A stretch of 64,000 bases of DNA from a candidate division FCPU426 bacterium (GTDB lineage: Bacteria; Oederibacteriota; Muellerivitia; Muellerivitales; Muellerivitaceae): the NCBI GenBank assembly GCA_963796105.1, contig CAWCKJ010000004.1:544001-608000 (forward strand), read 5' to 3'. The notes below the pieces were generated by a model. The model worked only from the letters and a program-made list of their open reading frames with translations. It ran no database searches and was not told the origin of the DNA. Both the position numbers and the translations under genes were made by a program. Positions 39,501-47,447 of the stretch are shown in pieces. Each line of letters opens with the position of its first letter. Position 1 is the stretch's first letter.

Positions 39501-40280
39501 TGGGTAAAAATAAACATAGGGAAGAACCCCGCCGGAGGTCGCTGCTAGATCCGTGGAAAGAGCGTTGTTGATGTAAGGAACATACTGGGTATCCCTCCCG
39601 TAGGAGGACCGGGTGATGAAATGCGGGCGGATCTGGAGGCCGGGGTTCCTTCCCTGCATGTCCGAAATGATGTTCTGGAAGGTCTTGTAGAGGATAGGCT
39701 CCTGGGTCCACCAGGCCGGGATATTGTTGATGCCCAGCACGTAGATATCAAAGACCTGGGTCGGGGGTACCAGGGAGGAGATGGTCCTCAACTGTCCTCC
39801 CACCTGCGCCAGCATTTCCCCGGGATCGTTGGGGTCCCGGTCCGAGGCGTAACGCCAGAGCGTCACGAAAACCTGGCGGGTATAGGAGTCGTTGGCCACG
39901 TGGTTGACCTCCACCTGGCGCATATAACGCCAATGGCCGTTGCTTTTGAAATTGCCGCTCAGGGAATCCCCCGGGTTGGGAACGAGGGGGGCCTTCACAT
40001 CCACGTTCTTGTCGGTGGTAAGGACGAAGTTGTACAACGACCCGTCGGTGTAATTGTCGAGGATTGAGATGCCGGTTTCCTTGCCGCTGACCAGGGACTT
40101 GAGTTCCTCGAACATCTGGATGGCTTTTTGGGTAGCGAAGGCGCGGTCGATAGTCCGAACCGTCTGCTTGGCCACGAAGGAGCGGGCCAGGATGACGGAG
40201 GAGGCCAAAGCCGCCAAGATAGCGGAGGCAATCATTAATTCAACCAGGGAGAAACCTTTTTGGTTAAGTTTCGCTCTCAT
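36594..40280 (-). CDS. Giant prepilin-type protein (PilV-like N-terminus with a large passenger region)
   Basis: MRAKLNQKG|FSLVELMIASAILAALA; about 1228 aa with a Thr/Ser/Gly/Tyr-rich extracellular-type body. Confidence 0.8.
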   Translation of the reverse strand: MRAKLNQKGFSLVELMIASAILAALASSVILARSFVAKQTVRTIDRAFATQKAIQMFEELKSLVSGKETGISILDNYTDGSLYNFVLTTDKNVDVKAPLVPNPGDSLSGNFKSNGHWRYMRQVEVNHVANDSYTRQVFVTLWRYASDRDPNDPGEMLAQVGGQLRTISSLVPPTQVFDIYVLGINNIPAWWTQEPILYKTFQNIISDMQGRNPGLQIRPHFITRSSYGRDTQYVPYINNALSTDLAATSGGVLPYVYFYPGTTHEDNVAPDNGSLNQFFDPSSVGVQVTGNFNVDGAAYYTSGQFSGCPVYPAADKDNNSLRYPDELLMYQAVTQAAANSSQVIPAADSVTEISERMLIEGMLSQPASFENALIVNLHGELLPLPPMRNYSDAAKIPGTTPYERVVTHPELLYYPTGSTTTQVKLRVYAYYDGLDNPPPGGTLPAEGSEVPAISLFLPDVALASTDVTATAIIGSSASTYVYCPMNASAGTPVGGTVTNTDAGNAVSWCLQNPVPTAGVTQTLITLYNTRLRCPPGLHNTGLPAATYLYGTEYIPCSPEMTAINATTQFTAQDLTYSNATAAKNTARWIISLNMPVTSTYTAPATDGTLASGIYGQVATQFVGQHVIETRIGNAVTASSFPNLSRTYVWVGNGYPPPYTERYQFLGDPRHEPYLDCKVGGLTGGTAQMPASAYNWYFKDGNAGGTHVGLNNDGYTGYGAAGDIIGWEGAASSGGAAPGDANFVDLPRFYQMVRQGLLNTTAIWTTMNGYSYYYYGFGGEFGADQMPFSSGITMNTTPYNTTSQTALSTVAEIINYNSTLTNMRVISNTKDTWYEKSWLGELYPDSMYSVWSTNGNLPVANATASTSTFYRKLYSSVPVKDASGNTNSLNGFGRNLTSRAYTYGCTSFFDGSFNHQTNADSATLLSLGVTCYPLFEYPLAQSVSCTRSWALGTAQTTSEWSIAPYSTHTTLSIPKVSSDSVSRLFYDDTSSATYNGTGVVQLTSNNQVAYVVESGLAISPDVGTAELGKTALVFMLRTYLDGGTYTGNAHIAQMPLVELYCDSPNFQYNQPATINLVVDGAVTTGNPVTISGLNIIAGPTNNIWFRFPGLTSNTANFYTEEYPGYPNLSNSTYSETSGGNPVTLDLNFAYSNNAGVNWYFMQDNAKAIQGALDTSSGHLVSAHAFPVTFAWPVPSGTFPQGDYTLMVEAYREGFPLNYSYHQIIISINR

Positions 40281-40306
40281 TTGTTTTTCCCCCAATCATC
40301 CCCCAT

Positions 40307-42451
40307 TTACAAATTGGGGATGGCCAGCAGGTTCTTCCTCTGGCTGATGTCTTCGTGGTATATCCCCACGATTTTCTGGGCTTGCGCGACCAGGCTCGGG
40401 CTGTAATAAATGGACCCGTAGTTGCCGTTGCTTCCACTGAGATTGACCGAACCTGGCGCGGCGGCCCGGCCATCCCCGGTATAGTAAGGCTGTCCCATGA
40501 TAACCGCGCCGTCGATCTCGCATCCGGCTCCCACCGTCAGGTTGCCCGTCACGAAAAGGACGCCCCCCCAATGGCTGGGAAGGATGCTGTTATTCCCGGC
40601 CTGAAGGACCAAATCGCCGTTGACCACCAACACCCCATAAGCCCCGGTCCTCACCGTACTGTCGCTTCTCCCGAGCTGGTCGTAGGGGGAGGCGTTTCCC
40701 GGCCCGTAGGTGACGCTTCCATCAAAATAGGAAAGCTTCCAGTTGCTCGTGATGATCATGGTCGCGGAGGGGTCACCCACGTAATCCGCCATGTTCTTGA
40801 CGTCCCCCAGGGACATGCCGAAAACGCTCGAGTCGGTCAGGGTGTTGTCCCCTGTCGAATAACAAATAACATTTCCCTGGAGATTGACCCCGGTAGTGGC
40901 CCCAACCGGGAGATTGCATTGGAGCGTGGGAGTCGCGGTGGGCGGGGCGGGAGTATTGGTGATGGTCGGGGTATTCGTGATGGTGGGAGTGAGGGTGGGA
41001 GTCGAAGTGATCGTGGGAGTCCAGGTTTCAGTAGGAGTATTAGTGGCCCCTGAGCCGCCGGTGGACGTCGGGGACGGTGTTGGGGTGCTGGTATACCCGT
41101 GTAGATTCGTGGCGGTGGGTGTGGGCGATATGGTTTTAGTCGGAGTCCACGTCACTGTCGGTGTGGCCGTGGGGCTCTGCGGACATGGCACGTTGATGGG
41201 AAAATCCGCCTCCAAGGTGCAGTGGGAATCGTCGCAGTAGGGTGAATTATTAGTGTTGTTGTCGCAATAATTCTTCGCCAAGACCACGATAGTTGCCGCT
41301 CCGGCGGGAACCAAAAGAGAATTGGTCACGTTAAAGGTTCCGCTTCCGGGCTGTGACCAGTAATTATTGAATCGATTAAAGCCATTGCAGGTTTCGCCAA
41401 ACCCGTTCCCATACCAAGTGATACTGTTGCCGTTGATGTCTTGAAAACCCACCACATAATAAACCCCCAGCCCATACCCGCAGGAATTCGCCAAGTTCGT
41501 GAAGGTAATGGGTATGTTCAAGGCGATACCAGCCGGGCCGCAAAGAGTGGTCGGTACGCTGATATACAAACCCGTACAGCCGGTGTCCCAGGTCGGGGTG
41601 ACGGTGGTAGTATTTGTTGGAGTAAATGTTTGGGTATAGGTATAGGTGTTAGTAAAAGTATCGGTAATGGTTTTGGTGGGGGTTTGAGTCGGGGTGTTGG
41701 TCGCGCAGGTGGCTCCGGTATTCACCACGAAACTATCCACCAAAGAGTATCCCGTAACACCTGCTTGGTGGGAACAGGCAAGGATTCCAACCAAGAAAGA
41801 GGAGCCGAATACGATGGTCTGTTGGGTCATTTGGTTCCAAATCGTGTCGTCGGTGGAGTAGTAGCTGGTCAGGGTATTCCCTGCTTTTGTGATCCTGACA
41901 TAACCGTTGGACCCGTTGGTAAAAGTACCGAAAGGGGAGGCATAGGCCGCGTTCGCCCCGATGGTGGCCCTATACCCCGATTCATAATTGTTGGATTTCG
42001 TCGCGTCCGCTGAGAAGAAAAGGTCGTTGTCCGCCGTGGAAGCCCTGACCATGAGCCCCGCTTTCGACGCGTTGTTATTCGTCGGAACCTTATTGACCGT
42101 CAGCCTCACGTCAAAGTCACAGCTGGTGGTCTGATAGATGAACCTGAAGTCATCAGCCGCGTTATAAATATCGGTTCCGCTCGCAACAATGGAAAGTGCC
42201 CCGCCGTTAATGGCCTGGCTTCCACCAGGGTTTGTCGCGTCGCCGATGTCGATCGCGGTCCAAACCGCATTTAATCCAGGCCCGGGAAAATTATCCGCAG
42301 TCAGGTTAGCAAAAGCGTTTTGAGTAGTGGTTAGAACCAGCAAAAAACCCAGCATCCCCCCGACACACCTTAGGCTGGCAATAGGTCGGGAGACCCTGAT
42401 TTGTTGGTTAAAATTTCGTTTCATTAATTTCAAATTGTTCGTCCGTTTCAT
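40307..42451 (-). CDS. Secreted modular protein: lectin/ConA-like domain, Thr-Pro linkers, Cys-rich module, PilX-type C-terminal beta-rich domain
   Basis: Signal peptide ...NAFA|N; SGTDIYNAADDFRFIYQ...KAGLMVR...YVRITKAGNTLTSYYSTD; TPTxTPT linkers; C-terminal VLVVNGDLVL...GVLFVTGNLTV...IDGAVI. Confidence 0.7.
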   Translation of the reverse strand: MKRTNNLKLMKRNFNQQIRVSRPIASLRCVGGMLGFLLVLTTTQNAFANLTADNFPGPGLNAVWTAIDIGDATNPGGSQAINGGALSIVASGTDIYNAADDFRFIYQTTSCDFDVRLTVNKVPTNNNASKAGLMVRASTADNDLFFSADATKSNNYESGYRATIGANAAYASPFGTFTNGSNGYVRITKAGNTLTSYYSTDDTIWNQMTQQTIVFGSSFLVGILACSHQAGVTGYSLVDSFVVNTGATCATNTPTQTPTKTITDTFTNTYTYTQTFTPTNTTTVTPTWDTGCTGLYISVPTTLCGPAGIALNIPITFTNLANSCGYGLGVYYVVGFQDINGNSITWYGNGFGETCNGFNRFNNYWSQPGSGTFNVTNSLLVPAGAATIVVLAKNYCDNNTNNSPYCDDSHCTLEADFPINVPCPQSPTATPTVTWTPTKTISPTPTATNLHGYTSTPTPSPTSTGGSGATNTPTETWTPTITSTPTLTPTITNTPTITNTPAPPTATPTLQCNLPVGATTGVNLQGNVICYSTGDNTLTDSSVFGMSLGDVKNMADYVGDPSATMIITSNWKLSYFDGSVTYGPGNASPYDQLGRSDSTVRTGAYGVLVVNGDLVLQAGNNSILPSHWGGVLFVTGNLTVGAGCEIDGAVIMGQPYYTGDGRAAAPGSVNLSGSNGNYGSIYYSPSLVAQAQKIVGIYHEDISQRKNLLAIPNL

Positions 42452-42481
42452 TTTCCCTCCTTTTGTTTCAAGGAGACTTAT

Positions 42482-43435
42482 TTATTGTGGACTCGTCATG
42501 CCCATGGCGGCGAAAGTGCCGATCTGGGAAACGGCCCCGTACAACATGGTTTGGTTGCTGCTGAGGGTCACCTGGCCGTGGATGCTGTGGACATAGAGCC
42601 CCGCGGAGTTGCCGTCCCCCGGGATCGGGTCCGGCATCACGAGGCTTAATTTCCGGAGTTCGGTGCTGAAGACGGCTTGCGCCACGAGTGAATTGGGGGC
42701 TGTCGTCATGGGCACGGAAAACAATCCCGTGACAGAGTTCACGGTTTTATCCAGTCTCTTGTAAACGTAGCCGTTGGCCACGATGTTCCAGACAAACCCA
42801 TCCCCGTTGATGAAGTTTGTGGACCTTTTTCCGGTGACATCCTGGACAGCGTTGGGAATGGGCGTCGCTTGTTGTCTCACAACCTCGTACCTTCCCCAAT
42901 AAAGAGCTTTTGCTGTCACAGGATCATCGAGGGGGTATTCCTTCACGAGGCCGATGGATGCGTCGATGGTGTCGGATAGCTGGGAGTTGGCCGTGTTGTT
43001 TTGGGGGTTGAAAGCCTGGTCCACGTTGGAGAAGCCGGGAAGGGGGGTCGCGATTTGTCCGAAGGTGGCGGTGTTATTGGCCGCGCCTGCCACGACTCCC
43101 CCGTTGGCCTGCTGGCGCGCGTACCAGCCGAGGGCGTCCACGAGACCGGCCCTGGCCACGTTTTCCGCCTCGCCCACGTAGAGGGCGCTTTCCTTGGACG
43201 ACCGCGCGGAATTTGCGACCATCTTGAAAGCGATGGTGATCAGCATGGTGGCCACCACCATGAAAATAGCGGCCATGACCAGGGCGGAACCTTCGCGTTT
43301 TCCGAGGGTTTGGAAGAAACGGCTAAAAAGGGAGGATGAATTCTTATTCCGCGAAGAGCCGGAAACCCCGAAGAAACCCCAGAAAGCCTCGCTCAAGGGG
43401 TGAAAAGAAGGGGATGTGCGCCGACGTGGACTCAT
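42482..43435 (-). CDS. PilX/PilK-like N-terminal pilus assembly protein
   Basis: REG|SALVMAAIFMVVATMLI (no Glu5, as in PilX) and AENVARAGLVDA; AAGGAG RBS. Confidence 0.75.
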   Translation of the reverse strand: MSPRRRTSPSFHPLSEAFWGFFGVSGSSRNKNSSSLFSRFFQTLGKREGSALVMAAIFMVVATMLITIAFKMVANSARSSKESALYVGEAENVARAGLVDALGWYARQQANGGVVAGAANNTATFGQIATPLPGFSNVDQAFNPQNNTANSQLSDTIDASIGLVKEYPLDDPVTAKALYWGRYEVVRQQATPIPNAVQDVTGKRSTNFINGDGFVWNIVANGYVYKRLDKTVNSVTGLFSVPMTTAPNSLVAQAVFSTELRKLSLVMPDPIPGDGNSAGLYVHSIHGQVTLSSNQTMLYGAVSQIGTFAAMGMTSPQ

Positions 43436-43897
43436 TGCTGTCGCTCCTTAAATAACGGGCATTGGGGTTATTTTAACAGGAAAGTTCTGATTCTTTGGAG
43501 CGGCAACCCCAGGAATGGATGCTGTTTTGAGAACTGCTTTCATCGTTATTATCTCCTTAAAGGTAAGAAGAGTCAATTAACGTTCAACCTATATTTAGTA
43601 AAACGTCTTTCTTTCGCCCCCAGTAATGGTACCCCCGCTCTTTCCAACCCATGCGTATAGCTCATGGCCTGAATGCCAAATCGAGTCAAGAAAATCACTC
43701 CGTTTTCATGACCTTTTACGCCCGGTTTCGTAATGATACTTGGCGTCCCTATTTCCCGCTTCCGGATTTGACCGGTAATCAATGGCTAGATTGGCGGGAG
43801 TTTTTTTCTCTCATTTAAATTTCTACCCTCATTTATGAATTTTATTACACCTCTAAATCGTTTCTCAAGAGGCTGAACCCAAAACATTTTCCTTATC

Positions 43898-44725
43898 TCA
43901 ACTAGAAAACTCACCGATCAAAAAGGTGTGGTCCGAGGGTTTTTCCAGGCCCCGGGGCTTGGTGTCGATCCAAATTTTTTGGAGGCGCTTTACCATGGGC
44001 GGGGTTCCCAGGATATGGTCGATCCTCCATCCGAGGTTCCGCTTGAAGGTGCCGGGCTGGCGGAAATCCCAAAAGGTGTAGTGTCCCGGCCCCTTCTCTT
44101 TTTCCCTGAACAAGTCAGTCCATTTCCCTTCCGCGCATTCCTTCAAAGCGTTTCGCGCGTCGATGTGGAAGCAGGGATGGTCGCGGTTCCCCTGGGGATT
44201 GTTCAAGTCGATTTCCTCCGGAGCCACGTTCAGGTCCCCCATCCAAAGGGCCGGCCGGCCCAAGGGAACCTCTTTTTGAAAATATTTTTTCAGGTCCGCC
44301 AGGAATTTGAGCTTGTAACGGTACTTCTCGGACTCGATCTCAAAGCCCTGCGGGACGTAGGTGTTGACGAGAAGCACACCTTCGTACTCGCCCGCCAGGA
44401 AGCGGGCCTGCTCCTCGGCTTCGCCGGGATAAAGCCGGTCCGTCACGAGGCTCACGGGTTTCTTGGAAATGAAAGCCACGCCGTTGTAGCTTTTTTGCCC
44501 CCGGAAAACCACGTTCCATCCCGCCGATTCCAGGGGCTCCCTCGGGAACTCGTGGTCCTGGACTTTCGTTTCCTGAACAGCCAGGACGTCGGGCTTTTCC
44601 TTTTTCAGCCAGTTGAGCACGATATCCAGCCTGGCCCTCAGGGAATTGGCGTTGAACGTCGCGATCTTAAGTTTCCCGGAAACAACGCCACTGATTTTTT
44701 TTTTAGGAATTGATCTTTTTGGCAT
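43898..44725 (-). CDS. xth: Exodeoxyribonuclease III
   Basis: KIATFNANS, QETK, YNGVA, GDLNVAP, GWRIDH, PSDH. Confidence 0.95.
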   Translation of the reverse strand: MPKRSIPKKKISGVVSGKLKIATFNANSLRARLDIVLNWLKKEKPDVLAVQETKVQDHEFPREPLESAGWNVVFRGQKSYNGVAFISKKPVSLVTDRLYPGEAEEQARFLAGEYEGVLLVNTYVPQGFEIESEKYRYKLKFLADLKKYFQKEVPLGRPALWMGDLNVAPEEIDLNNPQGNRDHPCFHIDARNALKECAEGKWTDLFREKEKGPGHYTFWDFRQPGTFKRNLGWRIDHILGTPPMVKRLQKIWIDTKPRGLEKPSDHTFLIGEFSS

Positions 44726-44788
44726 TAGAGTCCTCTATTTCTCGAATAACTGTATTTATGAAAACTTAAAAACGCAAAAACCTTTTTC

Positions 44789-44959
44789 GCCACGGATGCG
44801 CCGATCATTTGTAAAAACAGATTGAGATCGGTGCGATACCAGCCTCCATTAAAGCTCAATGGAAGGCCCATGCGTCGAAGGTTCAAACCGAGGCGCGCTT
44901 CTGGTGTGCCGGGCCATCCATTAAAAGGCCCGGCCTGGCATGCAGGGGATTCATGGGAT
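44789..44959. repeat. GxxExxY-associated repeat, left inverted end with nested hairpin inserts
   Basis: GCCACGGATGC[inserts]AGGGGATTCATGGGAT; reverse-complement homologs at 45503-45626, 45735-45760, 47149-47251 and 51193-51295. Confidence 0.8.
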
Positions 44960-44995
44960 AAAAGCGAAACCCTAAAAAATCCATCCAACGGAAAA

Positions 44996-45414
44996 TTATT
45001 TTTTCGTCCATTCTTCCCGCGCGGAAATCCTCCTGAATTGAAGTTCCGGCTTCCCGAAATTCAGAAGCAGGCAAACCTCTAAACCCGTCGCTTTGAGGTA
45101 GTTCAGGCACTGTGCGTAATGCACATTATCCAAAGCTTGAACAGCTTTCAATTCCACTAGAACCTTTTCTTCCACCAGCAAATCAGCGACATATTCCCCA
45201 ACCAATACGTCGCGGTATTTGACTTCAATGGGTCTTTGCTGTACCGCTTTTAAGCCGCTATGCCGCAACTCCACAGCCAAAGCGTTCTCATAAACTTTTT
45301 CCAAAAAACCGCTTCCAAGGTGTTCATGACCGTAAAGGCGCAGCCGATGATTTTCTCGGTAATATCATTAAAAGCGAATGTCTGATTGGAAGAATTTTCC
45401 TGTTTTATATCCAT
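44996..45414 (-). pseudogene. GxxExxY protein (PD-(D/E)XK nuclease-like), frameshifted or sequencing error
   Basis: ITEKIIGCAFTVMNTL joins [GSG]FLEKVYENAL...ADLLVEEKVLVELK...QCLNYLKATGLEVCLLLNFG; one G is missing at about 45315-45316. Confidence 0.85.
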
Positions 45415-45502
45415 CTCATAATCTCTCTGAAAATTTGGCCACTTCGTTGTTCCCACAAATGTTTTATCTTTTTTTACCTTAAAAGGTTTTTTTCTTTATT
45501 TT

Positions 45503-45760
45503 ATCCTACGCATCCCCTGCATGCCCCCTGAAACGGCAAAGCCGTTTCCTTCCATAAAACTGTTATGGAGGTCGGTATCGTGCCGATTTCCTTAACTGCT
45601 TTATGGTGAATCGGTACATCCGTGGCTAATTGCCCTTTTCTTTTACAGTTTATCCTAATTATTGTTCCTGATCCTTTTCTTAAAAGTCTTGTCCTGTTCA
45701 AACTATCTGTTTAGTCGGTTTTTTGCCTTTGTCCATCCCATGTATCCCCTGCATCCGTGG
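45503..45760. repeat. GxxExxY-associated repeats, right end (one degenerate long copy and one short core copy)
   Basis: ATCCTACGCATCCCCTGCAT...ACATCCGTGGC (45503-45626) and the insert-free core ATCCCATGTATCCCCTGCATCCGTGG (45735-45760). Confidence 0.75.
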
Positions 45761-45772
45761 TTAAATTTCTTT

Positions 45773-46078
45773 TTAGTTCGTCTCGTAATCCACCGCCGCG
45801 CGCGCTTCCGTGACCCTCTGGACGAACGCGACCACCTTCTGGTGCTCGGGATGGTTCCGGTACCGGGCCAGGCCGTCCTTGTCCTGGAAGGCCGAAACCA
45901 AAACCACGTCGTAATTCGCGCCGGACGCCTCCATCTGGAACTCCACTTCCAGCTCGACGATTTGCGGGATGAAGCCCCGCAGGGCTTCCAGCATGTCCCG
46001 GAGTTTCAGGAAGTTCTCCCCCTTGGAGGCGCCCTCAGCCTGTTCTTTCAGCTTCCACATGACGATATGCCTGATCAT
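45773..46078 (-). CDS. Dabb family (stress-responsive A/B barrel) protein
   Basis: MIRHIVMWKLK...YDVVLVSAF...YRNHPEH...AVDYE. Confidence 0.9.
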   Translation of the reverse strand: MIRHIVMWKLKEQAEGASKGENFLKLRDMLEALRGFIPQIVELEVEFQMEASGANYDVVLVSAFQDKDGLARYRNHPEHQKVVAFVQRVTEARAAVDYETN

Positions 46079-46430
46079 GGACACCCCCCGGATTCGTATG
46101 GAACTGGTTAAAAATCATACAAGAGCCCCCAATAAAAACAAACCCCTCGGCCGGATTCATTACAGGTTGTCCAATTAAAACTTCGGTAACATCCGCGCTC
46201 TTGGCCCACTCTCCGTAAAACCCTTTTGGCCTTACAGTTGTCAAGGGACGTCCCTCCGCACCTCAGTGTAGGGAAAAGCTTTGGGTCGTTTCTAGGAATG
46301 ACATCTGAACAACCGGCCTACTTTGGAGATATTTTGAAAGTGGTCCTCAGAGAGAAGATTTCAAGGGGAGCAACCAAGGCGGGGGAAGAGGTGGCATAGC
46401 TTTTACCACCATGTCTTTAGCTTAGGGTTA

Positions 46431-46649
46431 TTATGCCATCGCTACTGTAACTTGTTCCAACACTACCTTCTTCAACACCTCGTCCAAATGCCCTATATGG
46501 TCTTGGGCGTCTAATAATTCAATCCCGGCCACGGTTCCATCCTGGGCGTAATCAACGGCCAGTCCGTCCTCCAATTCCTTGGTGGTGACAGTCGTATCCT
46601 GGAAGCCGATGTACAGCACGTCCGTTTGTTTGTTGTATGTGACTTTCAT
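46431..46649 (-). CDS. DUF2283-domain protein (putative antitoxin)
   Basis: MKVTYNKQTDVLYI...VDY...G-x-V-x-GIELLDA. Confidence 0.85.
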   Translation of the reverse strand: MKVTYNKQTDVLYIGFQDTTVTTKELEDGLAVDYAQDGTVAGIELLDAQDHIGHLDEVLKKVVLEQVTVAMA

Positions 46650-46660
46650 TTATGCCCCCC

Positions 46661-46915
46661 TTAAAAGTAGAAAACGTAAACAGTGTCCACTATAATTTCG
46701 TTTTCCAATTCCTCAAAAATGACCTTTACCTGCTTTGTATTATACGTCTTTTCGTTCCACTGTTTCCCATAGGGGAAGCTTTTCTTGCATTGAAGCCGGT
46801 TTTTCTTAGCTCCTTCCCACTTAGCCTCCCGTATAGCTGTCACTGCTTCATCTTCACTGGCCCCCCGCAAAGCCATCCTTGAGCGCGTGTGGCCGTCAAA
46901 TGAAATAGGTTTCAT
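46661..46915 (-). CDS. DUF4258-domain protein (putative RelE-fold toxin)
   Basis: F-x-x-HTRSRMALRGASEDE...VKVIF...IIVDTVY; directly upstream of the DUF2283 gene. Confidence 0.75.
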   Translation of the reverse strand: MKPISFDGHTRSRMALRGASEDEAVTAIREAKWEGAKKNRLQCKKSFPYGKQWNEKTYNTKQVKVIFEELENEIIVDTVYVFYF

Positions 46916-47077
46916 TGGCTGATTATATCCTCTCATGTATCTTCAGAAATACCTAAAAGGCGAGAATTAAAGGCTATTGGACGGGTATGAATTTTTAGCG
47001 GCTAACCGAAACGGGTGAACCCCCATTGCTGAAAATTTGGGGAGTAATAACCCGAATTATGTTTCGAATTTTTAGAC

Positions 47078-47251
47078 GGATTTCCGCGCGGGAAGAATGG
47101 ACGAAAAAATAATTTTCCGTTGGATGGATTTTTTAGGGTTTCGCTTTTATCCCATGAATCCCCTGCATGCCAGCCTTCCATTAAACTTTTATGGAGGCTG
47201 GTATCGCACCGATCTCAATCTGTTTTTACAAATGATCGGCGCATCCGTGGC
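47078..47251 (+). repeat. Inverted copy of the GxxExxY 3' end plus its flanking repeat
   Basis: Near-identical reverse complement of 44789-45030, lacking the extra insert of about 67 bp; includes the last codons ISAREEWTKK-stop. Confidence 0.9.
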
Positions 47252-47447
47252 TAAAATCTTTTTCGTTTGGTAGTTTATCCTCAACGTTTTATTTTAGTTT
47301 GGCCTATGATTATTCCTTGTTTTTTCTTTCCTTAATTCAATCCCATATATCTGTGGCTAGATATTGTTTTGTCTTTTTTTCTTCGGAATCCGGCCAACCC
47401 TTGGGACAATGGGTTCTCTTAACTCATCTTCAGGTATGGAAGGCGCT

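Noticed and set aside
40930..41170. Thr-Pro coding repeats as a DNA repeat element or diversity-generating region
   Set aside because: Codons are degenerate and the repetition is at protein level (linker). No reverse transcriptase or template/variable repeat pair was seen.
46135..46280. Possible structured RNA (lysine or c-di-GMP riboswitch, or 6S) upstream of the Dabb gene
   Set aside because: Only fragments match (GAGGTGCG, TTACCGAAG, an AGGGACGTCCCT palindrome). I could not build a consistent fold; an Rfam cmscan would decide.
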